DNA of 64,000 nt from the human T2T-CHM13v2.0 reference genome, Homo sapiens: the NCBI RefSeq assembly GCF_009914755.1, contig NC_060933.1; one strand, written 5' to 3'. The translations under genes were made by a program, and so were the position numbers. The notes beneath the pieces are model-generated. The model did not search any database and was not told the DNA's origin. It saw nothing but the letters and a program-made list of their open reading frames with translations. This document shows, piece by piece, positions 11,386 to 27,146 of the stretch (position 1 is the stretch's first letter; each line of letters opens with the position of its first letter).

Positions 11386-14189
11386 GCATTACTTTATTTC
11401 TATATTCTTAAAGGGTGTTGCAAACCTGGCCTAAATTGTAAAGGGGGCATAGTGAGGTGTCTCCAATCCCCTGTTTTGTGTCATGGACTGAATTAGTTGT
11501 TTTAGAATTTTCTTGTGTGTGTGGAAGGGGGATTTCCTTTGGCCAACAAACTTAGAATCAAAAGATTCATAGTCAATTAAACATTCTAGGCCAGTTGGGA
11601 ATAGAGGTAGGCAGGTACTTAAAACCATTTTAAGCACTATAAGAGTCAAAAACTAAAAGCCAAAAATAAGGTTTTAAAACTGACTTATCTATACATTCTG
11701 TGCACTGAGCTACTGTAATCTTGACTTGTAGCAATTAGCTATACCAAACACAAGCATTTTGTTTAGGCATCTGTGTGCCTTTTTTTGATTTGGAGGGGCT
11801 GAATTAATTTTATCCCTCAAAACCCAGCCCTTGCAGTCTTTCATGCCCACTTATTCCACTATAGTTCCCAGGCCTGAAGGAATTAAATCATTTTAAATTC
11901 TAGATGTAAAACAAAACAGAGAATTAGCAATGTTTCAAGCAAAAAGTTCATAAGCCCTGCCTAGTTTTGAGAATGACAATAAAGAAAGCTCACAGGTAGC
12001 TAAACATTTAAATTATTTGGTGTCAAGGCATAGAATAAGTTATATTAATTCAGTTAGAGGCAAGATTATTAAATGAATACAAGCTTTTCTCTTGTCTCAT
12101 GAAAGCAGTTTACTTTGATTGTCTCCTTTGCCCAGGTTTAAAGACAAGGCTTTGGTTAACTTGAGTTTGATATTAGATACTGGCAGGAATTGGTGCCATC
12201 TCTAGATGAGCTATGCATACCCAAGAATAAAAGCCCTGTAATTTAACAGCACATGGATTAGTTAATAGCACCTGATAAGGAACTTGTCAGAGGGCTGGAG
12301 GTAGTGATACTGGAGTTCATGACCTGACTGGAAGCTGTAAAAAGATTTTATAACATTGCAGTGATTAATTTTTATAGCTTTGATAAACTCCAGCAACAAG
12401 CAAGAGATTTAAACTAGGATTCAATTCTAAGGGCATTTGTCAAAGGGGTTAAAGGCCCAAAATATTTGATCAGTGTGGAACTACAGGTTATTGTAAGCAA
12501 TAGTTACTTATTTATCCAAAGTTAAATATCCTTGGCACTGTGATTACCTCTCCATATGGGAACTCCACTTAAATAACCTGAAAGTTGAGTTTGATGAAGA
12601 AAAACATAATACTTGAATTTAATCAGATGCAGGAAAAGTGTATTTAAGATTATGAGTGTAGCAGGGGAACTGAGAAAGTTTTCTGGTTACACTGAAAATT
12701 TAGAAACATCAAGAAAAACCAAGAGTATAGAATCAAGTTATATTGGAGAAAAACACAGCTTTTATAGACCTCTGAGACAAAACACTTTAGTATCAGGCCA
12801 CAATAACACTCAGAACCAGAAGAGAAAATGTCACAGGAGCTGATGAAAAGGCTAAAGGAGACAGTTATATGACTCTGAGAAGCAAGAGGCTTTTAAAAGA
12901 AATAGAATATGAAATCGAAAAGCAAAATTTTGGGTAATTTAGCAAATTAATACTGTAAGAAAATTTGGTTTGACATGGAGACTATTTTTAGAAAGTCTAT
13001 TATATACAATTTTCTTTTAATTACAGCTAGCTTAATCACACATAAAATTCCTTTCATAAATTCCCCTTTATGAACCTTATCACAACTTACATATACCATC
13101 TACCACATGCTTGGACATTTTGACTTGTCCTATACTAACTCTTTCTTAAATAACCATTCATTTTCCTCTAGGACAAGAGTTTACTGTAGAATATCTTTTT
13201 ATACAAAATTACTCTTTCTTTATATCCTTCCTTGCAAAAAAAAAAAATACATTTTTTATCTAGAGCTTTCTTTCTATCTCTTTTTTTTCCACTCATGGTT
13301 GCTTCATAATTTGAACCTCACCTTCAATGACTTCTGAATTTGACAAAAATTACTCCTTTTCCCAATAAAGAATATATTTTCCCTGGCACATTTTATATAA
13401 ACCTAGGAGGCAAGAAATCCTGAACTTCCCAACAGACATTGGCATTCTGTAGATAAGAACCATTTCACAATTTTAAGGTTTTCAACTACACAAAAAGCTT
13501 GCTATTTAAAGCCATTTTAACCAGTTCAAAACCTACAAACAACAGTGGTTTACCTTAAAGTTAAATTGTAAAAGGCACTATATTCTTTTCAAACTAACAA
13601 GTTCAGACTAGACTTACATGTTTAATTTATTCTTGCTCTTTTATTTATAAGCCAATCTGATAGCATGCTAGACACAGGACATGCCACAATACCTGTCTAT
13701 ACACACAAACACTTCAAACAAAGGGCCTATGCAGGATAACAGGATCCAAGTTATTTACAAAACTGGGACCTGTCTACCTGACCAAACTTTATTTGCCCCA
13801 ATAGGCATGGAAGACAGAAAGAGGCAGGGAAGGGGATCCTGTAGCAGCCAATAAGGAAAGGAGGGGGCAAACTGTGTTACTGAAGGGGAGACCTGAGTCT
13901 CTGAGCTGCTGGAGAGCTCACCCAGCAGTGGAACACTGAAGAAAAATGTTCAGGCAGCCTCTAGTCTGCCACTGCAGGAAGCTGTTTGTCAGATAAAGGA
14001 TCTAAGATCCCTAGTAAACTTACTTGAGCAAAGCAGCTCATTGGGGCTAGTGGAAGAAGGTTAGCTCTAGAATTGATGGAGAGTTTTTTCTCTCTGTCAG
14101 TAGGGACAGTTAGGACAGTCTCATTGTCAACAGCCCTTTTGTTCATAGTAGGCACATTGATTCTGACCCAGGGGCCAGTCAGTTTGGGG

Positions 14190-15075
14190 CTCTCATCTGG
14201 GCATTCCAGACACTGATCTTGTGACACTTTCTTGGGATGGGTAACCCTGAGGAGGAAGAGGGCTTAAAGCTTATGCTAATAATTGCACTTTTTGGCTATT
14301 TCTTATGGTTTTGCCTCTTCTTCTCCTTTGTCACTTTTGTTCTTAACTCCAAAAACCGTCTTTAGGAGTTGGATTATGGGGGTGTGAGACCCCCTTGCTG
14401 CTGCTTTTTGTAGCATTTTCCTGATGTCAGGGGAAGATTGAGTAATAAAATGCATACCCAGGAGAGCCTGCCTTTCTGAGGAGTCTGGATCTGTGTTAGT
14501 ATATTTCTTGAGTGCCTCAACCAAACGACCCTGAAACAGAGTGGGACTTTCATATTTTCCCTGAGTTATTTCTCTAACCTTGTCATAACTCATTGGCTAA
14601 ACCACACCCGTTTCCCACTGCATTTCTTCCATAGCACAGCAAGTAAATGATAATACTTGCAAGTCATGACAAGTTAAATTAAAGAACATGGTCAACTTAA
14701 AAAACTCCTCTATAAACTTTTCTGGATCCTCTGAAAACTAGCCAAATTTTTTTTGTTAAATACAGCCAAATCAGACATAGAAAATAGCACATGTACTCTA
14801 AGTGCTCCCCAATTTTCATCAGCTACTTCTTGCAATGGACACAGGTTTGACTTTTAGGGGCTGATATGGGGTCCACTTCTGGAGGTATTGGTTGGGCTTA
14901 CTCTTTTGAGCAGTAAGAAGTATAGGCTGGAGCTAGCTGGATAAGGGGGAGAGGTGCCTGATGACCTTGGGATGGAATCCTTTGTTAGAGAACTGGCAGG
15001 ACCCTCCTCAGAACGGCGGCACTGAGGAGGCTCCAGGGAGGGCATAGGCCTTCTGTGAGAGCAGCTAGGAATGCC
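14190..15075 (-). pseudogene. gag remnant of the MER66-like provirus
   Basis: MHR YDKVREITQGKYESPTLFQGRLVEALKKYT; HFITQSSPDIRKMLQK; proline-rich segment upstream. Confidence 0.85.
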
Positions 15076-15078
15076 ACT

Positions 15079-15475
15079 TGATGCAGGGCAGGCCAGTCCC
15101 AAAACTGGGGCTTAGCCTGGGAAAATTGTTGGCTTCACTCAGGAAAGGTTTCAAGAATGAGCTGGTGGTAGAAAAAAATGGCTTTTATTGGGGCAACAGT
15201 GTTACAGCTCTGTGACTGCCTCTGCAGAACCAGGATACCTCAAAGGCCGTGTGTTTGAGTAGCAGTTCAGAGGCAGTTCTCCAGTTATATTTATACATAC
15301 TTTTAATTACATGCAAATTAAGGGGTGGGTTACTCAGAAATTTCTAGAACAGAAGTGGTAACTTCCAGGTGTTGGCACGGCAGTCGTAAACCATCATGGT
15401 GCTGGTAGGCATGCCTCTTCCCTGTTTCAACCAGTCTTCAATCTGGCCCGAAGTGAAATCCCACCTGCCACCTCA
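15079..15475 (-). mobile_element. 5' LTR (MER66-like)
   Basis: TGAGGTGGCAGG...CCCTGCATCA on the minus strand; homologous to 8402-9320. Confidence 0.82.
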
Positions 15476-15968
15476 CCTCCAGTGGTGTCTGCAGTGACAT
15501 TTTGTTCCCTCTTTCAAAATCGTTTTCAATGGGGTCTCTTGTGGGTGGGGCATTAAGCACAAGTGCTCAGCCAACTGCACTGAACCAGAAATTCTGCATC
15601 TGTGCTGACCAGAGATGCTTTCTGGAAAACCAAGTGTATAAACCATGGGGACCATGGGACACATGTCACGCTGCTCTCTCACACCTTCATGTATGTCCTT
15701 TAGTGTTGCGCAGCAGCAGCCTCTAAGGGAAGCAGCCCTGAGATGTACTTTTAAAACATTTTTACTATTTCATTTGATTTTTTACAACTATGAGTCACAG
15801 ATGTTTTACTGGGGAAAAAAATATGTAGAAGACATGGCTGGATGTGTGTTATGAGAAAGAGGTCAAGTGCAAATGAGAAAAAGAGGAACTCATGAACCTC
15901 TTCTGCCTTTTGGTGAGTGGCCAGTCATTTGAAACTGTGAAGCAGAAGGTAGTGAGGGGCAGTTGTTC

Positions 15969-16859
15969 CTGTGGGTGCCAAGGGGAAACTTCCTCTTTGC
16001 CCTTGGAAGGGTCACTGAAAATCAACTGACAAGAGACAGATTAATTGGAGAAAAGGCACACATATTTATTAATGTGCACAGGAATCTTACAAAGATCTCC
16101 AAGAAATGGTAAGGAGGTTGAGACTTTTACACTATCTTTTTAAGGCTTTTGATATAGGGTCTCACTCTCTTGCCCAGGCTGTAGTGCAATGGCAGGATCA
16201 TGGTTACTGTAGCCTCAAACTCCTGGGCTCAAGCAGTCCTTCAAGCAATCCCGCCTCAGCCTCCTGAGTAGCTGGAACTGTAGGCCTGTGCCACCATGGC
16301 TGGCTAATTCTTTTCACTTTTTGTAGAGATGGGGGTCTCGCTATGTTGCCTTGAACTTGAACTCCTGGCCTCAAGTGATCCTCCTGCCTTGGCCTCCCAA
16401 AGTGCTGGGATTATAGGCAGGAGTCACCACATCCAGCCTATACACAGCTTAAGGTTACAGAAAAAATGTGGGCTTGGAGTACGGCCAAAAACTGGTTGCG
16501 GTGGTAAATCAGGTTATGATGTCAAGGCAGGTTATGGGAGGAAGAGAAGAGGAGGTCTGGCTTGCAAATGTGGTCTTATTATACAGGTGAAACCTTACAG
16601 GTAGCAGTCCTCAGAGAGAATAGATGGTAAATGTTTATTTCAGAAATTTAAGGTGTCAGACTCTGTTAATCTTTTCTTGATCTGGACAAGGGTTAGCCTC
16701 AGAGAAAACCTGGCTGCACCATGCTGATTCTGTACAGATGCAAATCTCCCCGCAAAGGACAGCTTTGCAAGGCTACCTCTGTTTGCAGGCCCTCTGAACA
16801 GCCACCTCAAAATATGTCAAAGAAGGATATTTGGAGGTGAAATATTTTGGTTTCCTCCA
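15969..16859 (-). mobile_element. ERV1 solo LTR (MER4 supergroup) interrupted by an Alu
   Basis: tcactgaaaatcaactgacaagagacagattaat and gaggtgaaatattttggtttcct motifs; subfamily uncertain. Confidence 0.6.
16147..16438 (-). mobile_element. AluJ
   Basis: Reverse Alu dimer, highly diverged. Confidence 0.9.
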
Positions 16860-16879
16860 TTACAAATCTGGATCTGACA

Positions 16880-17065
16880 CAAGATAGTACCATTTACTCA
16901 ATGTATAGCTTGGGCCAAGTTGTTTGAATTCTCTGTCCCTCAGTTTATCTGTAAAATGAAGAAAATAATAGCACATACTTCACAGAGTTTTATGACAATC
17001 TAATTAATATAAGCAAAGCACTTCTAATAATGCCTGGCACATTGTAAATAACCAACCTGTTATTA
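16880..17065 (+). mobile_element. MIR
   Basis: Core ctctgtccctcagtttatctgtaaaatg. Confidence 0.75.
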
Positions 17066-18124
17066 GAAGACAGAATCCATGGATTTACTGTTAGTATAAA
17101 CAATGTGCTCTCTGCTACACAGAAAAGCAGTCTCCAAGGGGAGCATCCATTTTCCATTTGGAATTCAAGCAGAAGCAGCGTCCCTGAGCCAGGAAGGTGG
17201 GCCACAAAGAAGAGAAGGTAGATCCATGTGTGCAGGGTGGGGCCATGGCTGTAGCAGCAATGCCCATTCCTGGCCACAAGCACAGATGAAGGTGCTACCA
17301 GGATCCAGAACCAGGCACTGAAGAGGGAAGTGGGCAAGCCATGTAAGTGATCACAAAGCACTTAGGTCACGAGAAGAGGCGACCCAGACCCCACTCCCCT
17401 AACCATCATGACAAGAAGGAAGAACCAGCTCCCTGCCAAGGGGAGCTTTTTAATTAGTATGTTCATTTAACTGATGCCAGCTCTCATTTCAGAATGTAAA
17501 TTCAGTCTTTCCCAAAAAATCCTTGGATATCTTCAGGAAGTCCCAAGTTACTGTTAAATGTGGACACTTTCATCCCTTCTACCTTGGCTTTTTCAGAAGC
17601 AGACGCAGATTTGAGATCCCAGTAGAAAGAATTTATTTGGCAGGTGCAAGGTACCCCAGCAAGGGAGCAAGGACATGGGACCAGGAGGGGAAGGTGAGAC
17701 CTGGAAGGGAAGGCAGCGCATTTGTGAGCCGCTGGAGCACAAGGAAACTGCAGAAAAATCTGTGCTTCTTCCTGAAGGATGAGGGAGCTGGGACATTCAG
17801 ACACCGGCCTGTCAGTCATTGGTGGAGGGCTGCCAGGGCTATTAATTCCCTAGCACTCAAACCACCCTGGACATGGGCAGAGAGGCCTCCTGAGGCTTAG
17901 GAGAATGTCCTCAGGCAAAGAAGAAGTTGCAACTCAGATAGAACCCCCCAGGCCAGAGGGGTGTGAGTGAGTCACCAACAGTTCCTGTTACATTTACATT
18001 TAGGGAGAAGATTCTGGAACCCAACATAGATAGATCAAGGTAAAGAGCATCCCTCCCAGAAGGTTGCCAGGATGCTCTAGAGCTCATGAGATTTGCTCTT
18101 GCTGACACTGAGAAGCAGGAAGGA

Positions 18125-18350
18125 GTAGGAATGGAGAGTGCAGACTTTGAAATCCGCCCATCCGGGGCTGCTTCCCTGCTCTGCTCTCATAGCTCTGTGA
18201 TCTTGCGCAAGTTCCGTAGCACCTCTGGGTGAGTTTTCCCATCTGTAAAACGGGGATGATGATAATACCTGTAGGGCTGTTGTGAGGACATAACACAGTC
18301 ATACAGATAAAGCACTTAAAAAGCACCCAGCCCTTAAGCGCTCAAACATT
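18125..18350 (+). mobile_element. MIR
   Basis: ctgtgatcttgcgcaag...agttttcccatctgtaaaacggggatgatgataatacct. Confidence 0.8.
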
Positions 18351-19379
18351 TGTATTCTACATCTTTTGTCAATTGCCTTTGTTTAGAAATGCTCTGGCAT
18401 GTTGGGTGCTCAAAAGATGTTGACAGTAATTTATTCACTACGACACACCAAGAATTAATGAAATATTGCTAAGAAAATAAAAACTAGTGTTCATCACATC
18501 CTGCGATGTGATGTCTCTTCAGAGAACCAGGCGAGGGTATGTGGCCAATGAACAGCCAATGAAGTCACTGTCAGAGTGGCTTTGTCACCCAAGGAGCCCC
18601 TACTAGTTTATTAGGGCAATCTGACTTTCAGATCTGAATCCTAGCAGTGTATGGATATAAAAGATACCAAGTCTAAAAATAATAATTATAAAGATCTTAA
18701 AAACAACCTGTGACACTCACAAATCCGTTTGACTGGTAATTTTTGAGACATTGGACCATATCTAATACTTGGCAACAGGGCACCACTGTGCTATCATGAA
18801 GCATCATCATCAGTTCCAGCGAAGGTGAAATGGTTTCTATTATAGGCATGTTAATAACTTCTATTAATAGAGGCGAGGAAAAGCACAAAACCTTTATCTC
18901 TTCTTTTCATGCATGGAATAAAATGAGAACTCTATATTACAAAAAAAAAAAAAAGATTCCCTTTCTAATGCCATCCAAGGAACAATATTCTAAGTGTGCC
19001 TACTGAGACAGGATTTCATCTGAATCTATTGCTATGTATTCTCCAACATCCCCTCCAAGAAGATTAGACCATTTCCAGCTGAGACTGGTTTTTGCTAGCA
19101 GTGGTTAGATTTTCACAGTTCCCAGCCCAGGGGAAGGGAGGGTGCCTCCCTGAGACTACATTGCCCTCTGCTGCCCATCCAAGGCCAAGTCAGGTAGGGA
19201 AGGCCTCTGGGGAATTACATTTTAAAAAAATAAAGTTTATGAAAATTATACATGAGATTTGCATAAAAGGTGAAGTGAGGTTGTTACAGTTGCAAAGTCT
19301 CTCACTCTCCAGGGGCAAAATCAGGAGGTCAGAAGTGCACTTGGAACTATCGGGATGGTGAGGGTCACATAGGAAGTGT

Positions 19380-19582
19380 GGGTTTGGAGTCAGGCTCACG
19401 TTGTGCTGGTACTAGCTGTGCCATCTTGGGCAAGTTGTCAACCCCTCTAAGCATCAGTTTCTCATATGTGAGATGCGATAATCCCTGGGGCCACTTATCC
19501 AAAGATTAAAGAATAAAATGCACATCAAGTTGTAAGCAGAGTATGTGACACTTCGTGTTCTAACAAATGTTGGTTATTATTG
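19380..19582 (+). mobile_element. MIR
   Basis: tagctgtgccatcttgggcaagtt...cagtttctcatatgtgagatg. Confidence 0.75.
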
Positions 19583-21284
19583 CTCCAACTTCCTCCTTGC
19601 AGATGCAGAAACTGAAAACTCTCAGGACTTGACATAGGGACCCAAAGTCACATGTCTGCCTAGGGATGAGGAGGGGAGTCATCCCAGGCCAAACCTCCCA
19701 CTGTCCCCAAGGCATCCTGGGCTTTCATGAGCATCTTTAGCTCCATCCCCCAGTCACAACCCATCTCAGTGGACATGTGTCCTGGACACTGCGCCTGGCC
19801 TACCCCACTGCCCCACACAAGGAAACATTCCCTGTGGGCTGGGCCTAACGCTTTGCTCACATTTGCCCCCTACAGAGCAGTTCACCTGGAGGGTAGCACA
19901 GGTGCTATTCCCAAAAGGCCATGTGAAGCTAGTGCAACTGTCAAAGTGAGGAGGAAATTCCATAGGCCATGAGCAGCTGGGCTGGGGCGGTAGGCTCGAG
20001 GGCAGGGGCTATTAATGACTGAACCATAGAAAAGTCCATTTGTCCATTTTTCTATTCATTCACTCCCAAGTATTTTTTGAGCAGCACATGCTAAGCAAGT
20101 CTTCTCAGCACTCACATCGAAGAAAAGAGGTGGCCCTGGTCTGCAACACCCTTGGGCACCTGGTAGGAGGCCTGGTTCCCCTTTTATGTGGTTTGTCACA
20201 CTCTCAGGACTGTGACCAAAACCAAATGAGGGCATTCCCATTAGATCCTGCTGAGGGAGCAGTGCCTCCAGTAAACAAGCTTGAGCAGGTGTGGTTCATA
20301 TTAACTGAGAACCTCATGCCACCAAACAACACATGTGCTAGCAAGGGTTGCCCACACGTTGCCTCAACACCAGCGCTTGTCCTTCCTGTGTCCTTCCTTC
20401 TGGACAGCCACACAGCACTAGGGCCATTGTGCAAGAATCATTCAAATCGCCACCACTAATGGGTTTGGATTGAAATTCCAGAAATAATCCCAGCTTCACT
20501 ACTTACTACCGGTATTCCTTCAATGGAGTGATTAATCTTTCCTGTCTCCAAATTCTCATTGGATCATGCGAGTGACAATACTTATTTTGCAAAATTTTTG
20601 TAAGAATTAAAGACAGAAAATATAAAGCCCCTGGTTGCCTACACAAAGTGGACACTGAGGAAATAGGAGCCATTGTTACTATTTCACACCTAAACGAAAT
20701 ACACGTATGGACAGAGTATATGTATAAATTCACATACACATATTGATGCATATAAAAATATGCATGCCAATTTCTGTTGCTGTATATAAAATATATAGTA
20801 TTATACTGGAAAAGCGCAAAGAACATACACTGTAGAGATTATAAAAACTAAATATGTTTATCTTGCCAAATACAACGTTTGAAAAGATACTGCTTTGGGT
20901 CATGAAGACAGTTGCTTTCTTATCTCTTGAGTTAAGGAAAATATATATTTTATGGAAAGCTATGGAGGTAGCTACTAACTAAAAGCAAGACTTAAACTTC
21001 TTTTGAGGAATAAAATCAGTATCCTCATTTTTTTAATATTCTGAGGAAATAAAAGAGAAATCACATGTATGAATACATAGTTTAGGTCAACTTACATTTC
21101 TGCAATGTAGGATGCTGTAACCATGCTGTAGAAATATACTCCTACTAAAACCCTCAGCAGTCATCCCTTCCCCACCCCGAAAAAGAAGGTGTTTTTCAGT
21201 AGCATCTGCTACTTTCAGATGGTCAAGTGATGGCAGAAGTGATTTACAGTAACCACATGCGTAAGGATATAGGGGCAGCCTAGC

Positions 21285-21490
21285 CTATGATCTCAGGAGC
21301 CAGACTGTCTGGCTCTGCCACTTCCTAGATGTCTGATCTTGAGAACCTTTTCTGCCAACCTGTGCCTCAGTTTCCTCTGCCAGAAAATGTAAAGAATAGC
21401 ACCCTGACCTTATTTCAGATTTAAATGAGTTGATGCTTAGAGAACAGAACATAATTAGCACTGTTTGTGAAATAATGCTTTTTGAATTTA
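21285..21490 (+). mobile_element. MIR
   Basis: ctgtgcctcagtttcctctgccagaaaatg. Confidence 0.7.
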
Positions 21491-21529
21491 TTGGCATTTT
21501 AAAAGTCCTTCAACTGAAAAGAGACCTCA

Positions 21530-23325
21530 AAGACTCTTGGAGAAATTGCACTTAACAATAAGGAAATAGGATACTTTATCAACCCAATAAGGAGCATCTA
21601 TAGAAAACTTATAGCCTGTGTCATACTGATGGTGACATGAACACTTTTCCCTAAGATGAAAAAGGAGGTAGAAATGTTCACATCCACCAGTTCTACTCAA
21701 GGTTGTACTGGAAGTTCTAGGCATTGCTATAAGGCAAGAAAAATAAATAATTAAATAAAAAATATAAAGCTGGAAAAGGAAAATAAAACTTCCTCCATTT
21801 GCAGATGACAGGACTGTTTACATAAAAAAAACTAAGGAATTTACAAAGAAACCACTATAACACAAAAGTGAACTTACTAAGGTCTCAGGATACGAAGTAA
21901 ATATATAAATTTCAATTGCATACTTATATAATATCAATAAAAAATGGTAAATGAAACTTACAAAAAAACCACATACCATTTTATAATAATATAAAATACT
22001 TAGAAATAAGTAAAGATGTGTAAGACCTGTACACTGAAAACTATAAAACATCACTAAAAGAAATTAAAAAGGACCTAAATTAATGGAGAGTTATACTATG
22101 TTCATAGATGGAAAGATTCACTATTGTTAAAGTATCATTTCTCCCCAAATTTACCTATATATTCAATACAATACCAACCAAAATCCAAAGAGGGCTTGTT
22201 TGTAGAAATTAACAAGCTAATTTTTTAATATTTATATGGAAATGAAAAAGACCTACAATAACCCAAACAGTCTTGAAAAATAAAATAGGGAAATAAATAC
22301 CTAATTTCAAGTCTTAATGTAGTATGGTAATCAAGACAGTATGGTATTGGTGTAAGGATGAATAGATAATTAAACAGAATAGAAATTCCAGAAGTAGACC
22401 CACATGTATACAATTACAAGATTTTTGACAAAAGCATCAAAGCAATGAAAAAGGGAAAAGGAAAGTCCTTTCAAGAAATAGTGCTGAAACAACTGGATAT
22501 TTGTGTAGAAAATTAATAACTCACTTCCTATTTTACACTATACAAAAAATTAATTCAAGATGCATCAGAGTTCTATTACACATAAAAGCAATAAAATTTC
22601 TCAAAATAATAAGAGAATATCTAATGTGGTAGGCAAAGTGTTCTCAGGCTGGTAAAAAACAGCACTCATCTAAAAATAAGAAAATTGTTCCATTTCATTT
22701 AATCAAAATTAACTTCTGCTTATCAAAAGACAATGATAAGAAAATGAAAAAGGTAGCAGTAGATTAGGAGAAAATATTTGCCAAATATGTATCAGACAAA
22801 TGACTTCAATCCAGAATATATCTTTTATAGTTCTACAAATTAATAATCAAAAGACAATCTAATTTTTAATGGGCAAAATATTGGACAAACACTTCATAAA
22901 AAATAACAGAAAAGAGTTCATAAGCACATAAAAATATGTTCAACATCATTGGTCATCAGGGCAACTAAGACCACAGTGAGATATCACCATCCCCTCACTA
23001 AAAGATAGTCAGATAACATCAAGTGTCGGCAAGGATGTGAAGCAACCGGAGCTCTCATACACTGCACAAATCTTGTACACAAAATGATACAACCCCTTTG
23101 GAACCTTCTTGGCATTTTCCCAGACAGCCATCTGCTCTATAACTCAGGAATTCTACTCTTAGATCCTAGGAACTTATCCAAGAGGAATTAAAATGTAAGT
23201 CCACAAAAAAGACTCACACAAGAATATTCATAGCAGCCCTATTCAAAACAGAAAAAAAAAAACTAGACATAGCTCAAATATCCATCAACAGAACAACAAA
23301 CAAATAAATATATATCTCTGTATAA
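21530..23325 (+). mobile_element. Old L1 (L1M) ORF2 3' part, decayed; resumes ~24470-24945
   Basis: A-rich, tttgcagatgac (FADD) at ~21798, typical ORF2/3' end motifs. Confidence 0.85.
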
Positions 23326-23329
23326 TTAC

Positions 23330-24465
<1,136 letters not shown>

Positions 24466-24660
24466 GTTATCACAATCAACAAAAAATAAATAAACAGCAT
24501 GGCTGAATCTTAAAACCATGAAGTTGAGCAGATGAAACTGGACACACAAGAGTACATAAATGTGAATGACAGAGCCTTGGGAGACGTAAAAAAAAACTAC
24601 ATAAATGTAAGGATCTCATTTAAATAAAGTTCAAGAACAGAGAAAACGAATCTCAGATGA

Positions 24661-24907
<247 letters not shown>

Positions 24908-26040
24908 TAGATGATGGAAATTCTCTATGTCTTGATCACAGTGATGGTTACCAATCCAAACAAAAAGAGTCAAACTCTGTAAAATATTTAATATTTTATT
25001 ATGAGCTAAATATGGGCAACCAATGGTCCATGACACAGCCCTCAGGACATCCTGAGGACTTGTGCCCAAGGTGGTTTTATACATTTAGGGAAACCTAAGA
25101 CATTAATCAATACATTTAAGATGTACATTGGTTCAGTCTCAAAAGCAGGGGCTTCCAGGTCATAAGCAGATTCAAAGATTTTCTGATTGGCAAATGGTTG
25201 GGGGAGTTAATATCTTAAGACCTGGAATCAATAGAAAGAAATCTGGGTTATGATAAGGGTTTGTGAATGCCAAGGTTTATCATGCAGATGAAGCCTCCAG
25301 GTAGCAGGGCTTCAAAGAGAATAGATTGTAAGTGTTTCTTCTCAGACTTAAAGAGTCTACCAGTCTTCAGGTCTCTGTGTTGATGTTAATTCTGGTCAGC
25401 TGTGAGACATGTTCAACACCCTCTTCCCACCAAACCCCTACTTCCATCATGGATTGAACTAGTTTTTCAGGTTAACTTTAGAATGCCCTTGGCTGAGAGA
25501 AGGGGTCCTGATTGGGGGCTTAGAATTTTGTATTTGTTATACATTCTCCCTCTTCTGGCCAAGATTTGCCAGAAGCAACATCAATGGACACCAAACTTTC
25601 ACTGTGTCCCATAGCATTGCCAAAGTGGCATGGCTGTCTGCTCTGGGTCCCTCCTGTCCCTCAGTGGGACGCCTATGGCCAAGGGACTTAGAGCCAAAAG
25701 ATGCATAGCCAATGTAAACGTTCTAGGCCAGACAGGGATGGATGTAGACAGGTGTTCGCTAGTCCTTAAAACATTTTTTCAGTAATGCAAGAGCCTACAA
25801 ACAAAAAGCCAAAGACAAGGTTACAAATTGACTTATCTACCTCTCAATTCTATATGTTGAGCTACTGTGATCTTGGTTTTAGTTACAGACTTATTGCAAT
25901 TAGCTATACAAAACATAAGCACTATTAAAGCCTTTTAAGCTAAGGAATTCAGAGACTTTTGCTGTGCCTCAATGATTTTTGCAGTATTTTACTAATTTGT
26001 CCCAAGACGGCTGATAATAAACGTTAAATATATATATATA

Positions 26041-26340
26041 GGCCGGGCGTGGTGGCTCATGCCTGTAATCCCAGCACTTTTGGAGGCCGAGGTGGGTGGA
26101 TCACGAGGTCAGGAGTTCAAGACCAGCCTGACCAACATGGTGAAACCCCATCTCTACTAAAAATACAAAAATTAGCCAGGCATGGTGGTGAGTGCCTGTA
26201 ATCCCAGCTACTTGGGAGGAGAATTGCTTGAACCTGGGAGGCAGAGGTTGCAGTGAGCCAACATTGTACCATTGCAGTCCAGCCTGGGTGACAGAGCTAG
26301 ACTCTGTCTCAAAAATAAATAAATAAATAAATAAATAAAA
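26041..26340 (+). mobile_element. AluS (Sx/Sg-like)
   Basis: Full Alu with small internal deletion and (AAAT)n tail, flanked by aaatatatatata. Confidence 0.93.
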
Positions 26341-27146
26341 TATATATATATGCATAAATCTCATAACTGGGAGTATTATACCCAGCAAGCTTTGTCACAA
26401 AGTGTCTTTATATCCTCTCAGTAATTTTCTTTTAATTCTATGGGAAGCAGGAAATTCTTTACGGTTAGGATGGACAAAAGGGTGCCACATACATAATAAC
26501 ACAGGAGGCAAAGTCCCTTATTTTACCAGCTGTTTAGGTATCTGTGATTTGGAGGCTCTAAACTAATTCTATCCCACAAAACTGGCCCTTGCAATCTCAC
26601 ACACTGACGTCTTACGTGATAGTCCCTGGGCCTAGAGGGAGGGTGCTTGTATAGTTTTAGCAGCAGGGCATTTGCAATGAAAGACAGATGGGGCCCGGTG
26701 GGATTCCAAATGAGGGAGATTCACAGGCTTTGTCAAATTATCTCTAGTCTTATGAATATATGATTCTAATTTTCTCAGAAGTAAAACTACATGAGATAAA
26801 TAACATTAGTAAACTTGCTAATCAAAACAGAATCTGTGTGTCAGAACAGAAAAAGGAAACTATTTCATTAGGGCAACAACTAAAAACATGAAGAAAATTA
26901 TAAGCTGGTACTTTTTAGAGGATTATTGTAGGAAGAGATGTAATTCGATCTGCACTCTAAAACAAGTCGGGGCTGGAATTCAGTAACGGGTGTTACAGTT
27001 TTCCCTTGAAACAATTTTTCTCTGATTCTCTAGCCCTCCTTTTCTACTAAAGAGAAATTATAGTAAGACCAATTTGTGTGCAGAATAAGTTTTTGGCTTA
27101 TTACACTTGGCTTGATTATTCACATAAAGCGCAGCAGGAATTACTT

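Larger units (their letters stand above)
8402..15475 (-). mobile_element. MER66-like (MER4 supergroup, ERV1) provirus, defective
   Basis: Two homologous LTRs with TG...CA ends (8402-9320 and 15079-15475). Flanks ccttc/cctcc are a possible degenerate TSD. Polypurine tract next to 9320. gag, integrase C-terminal and env remnants in retroviral order. Confidence 0.82.
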
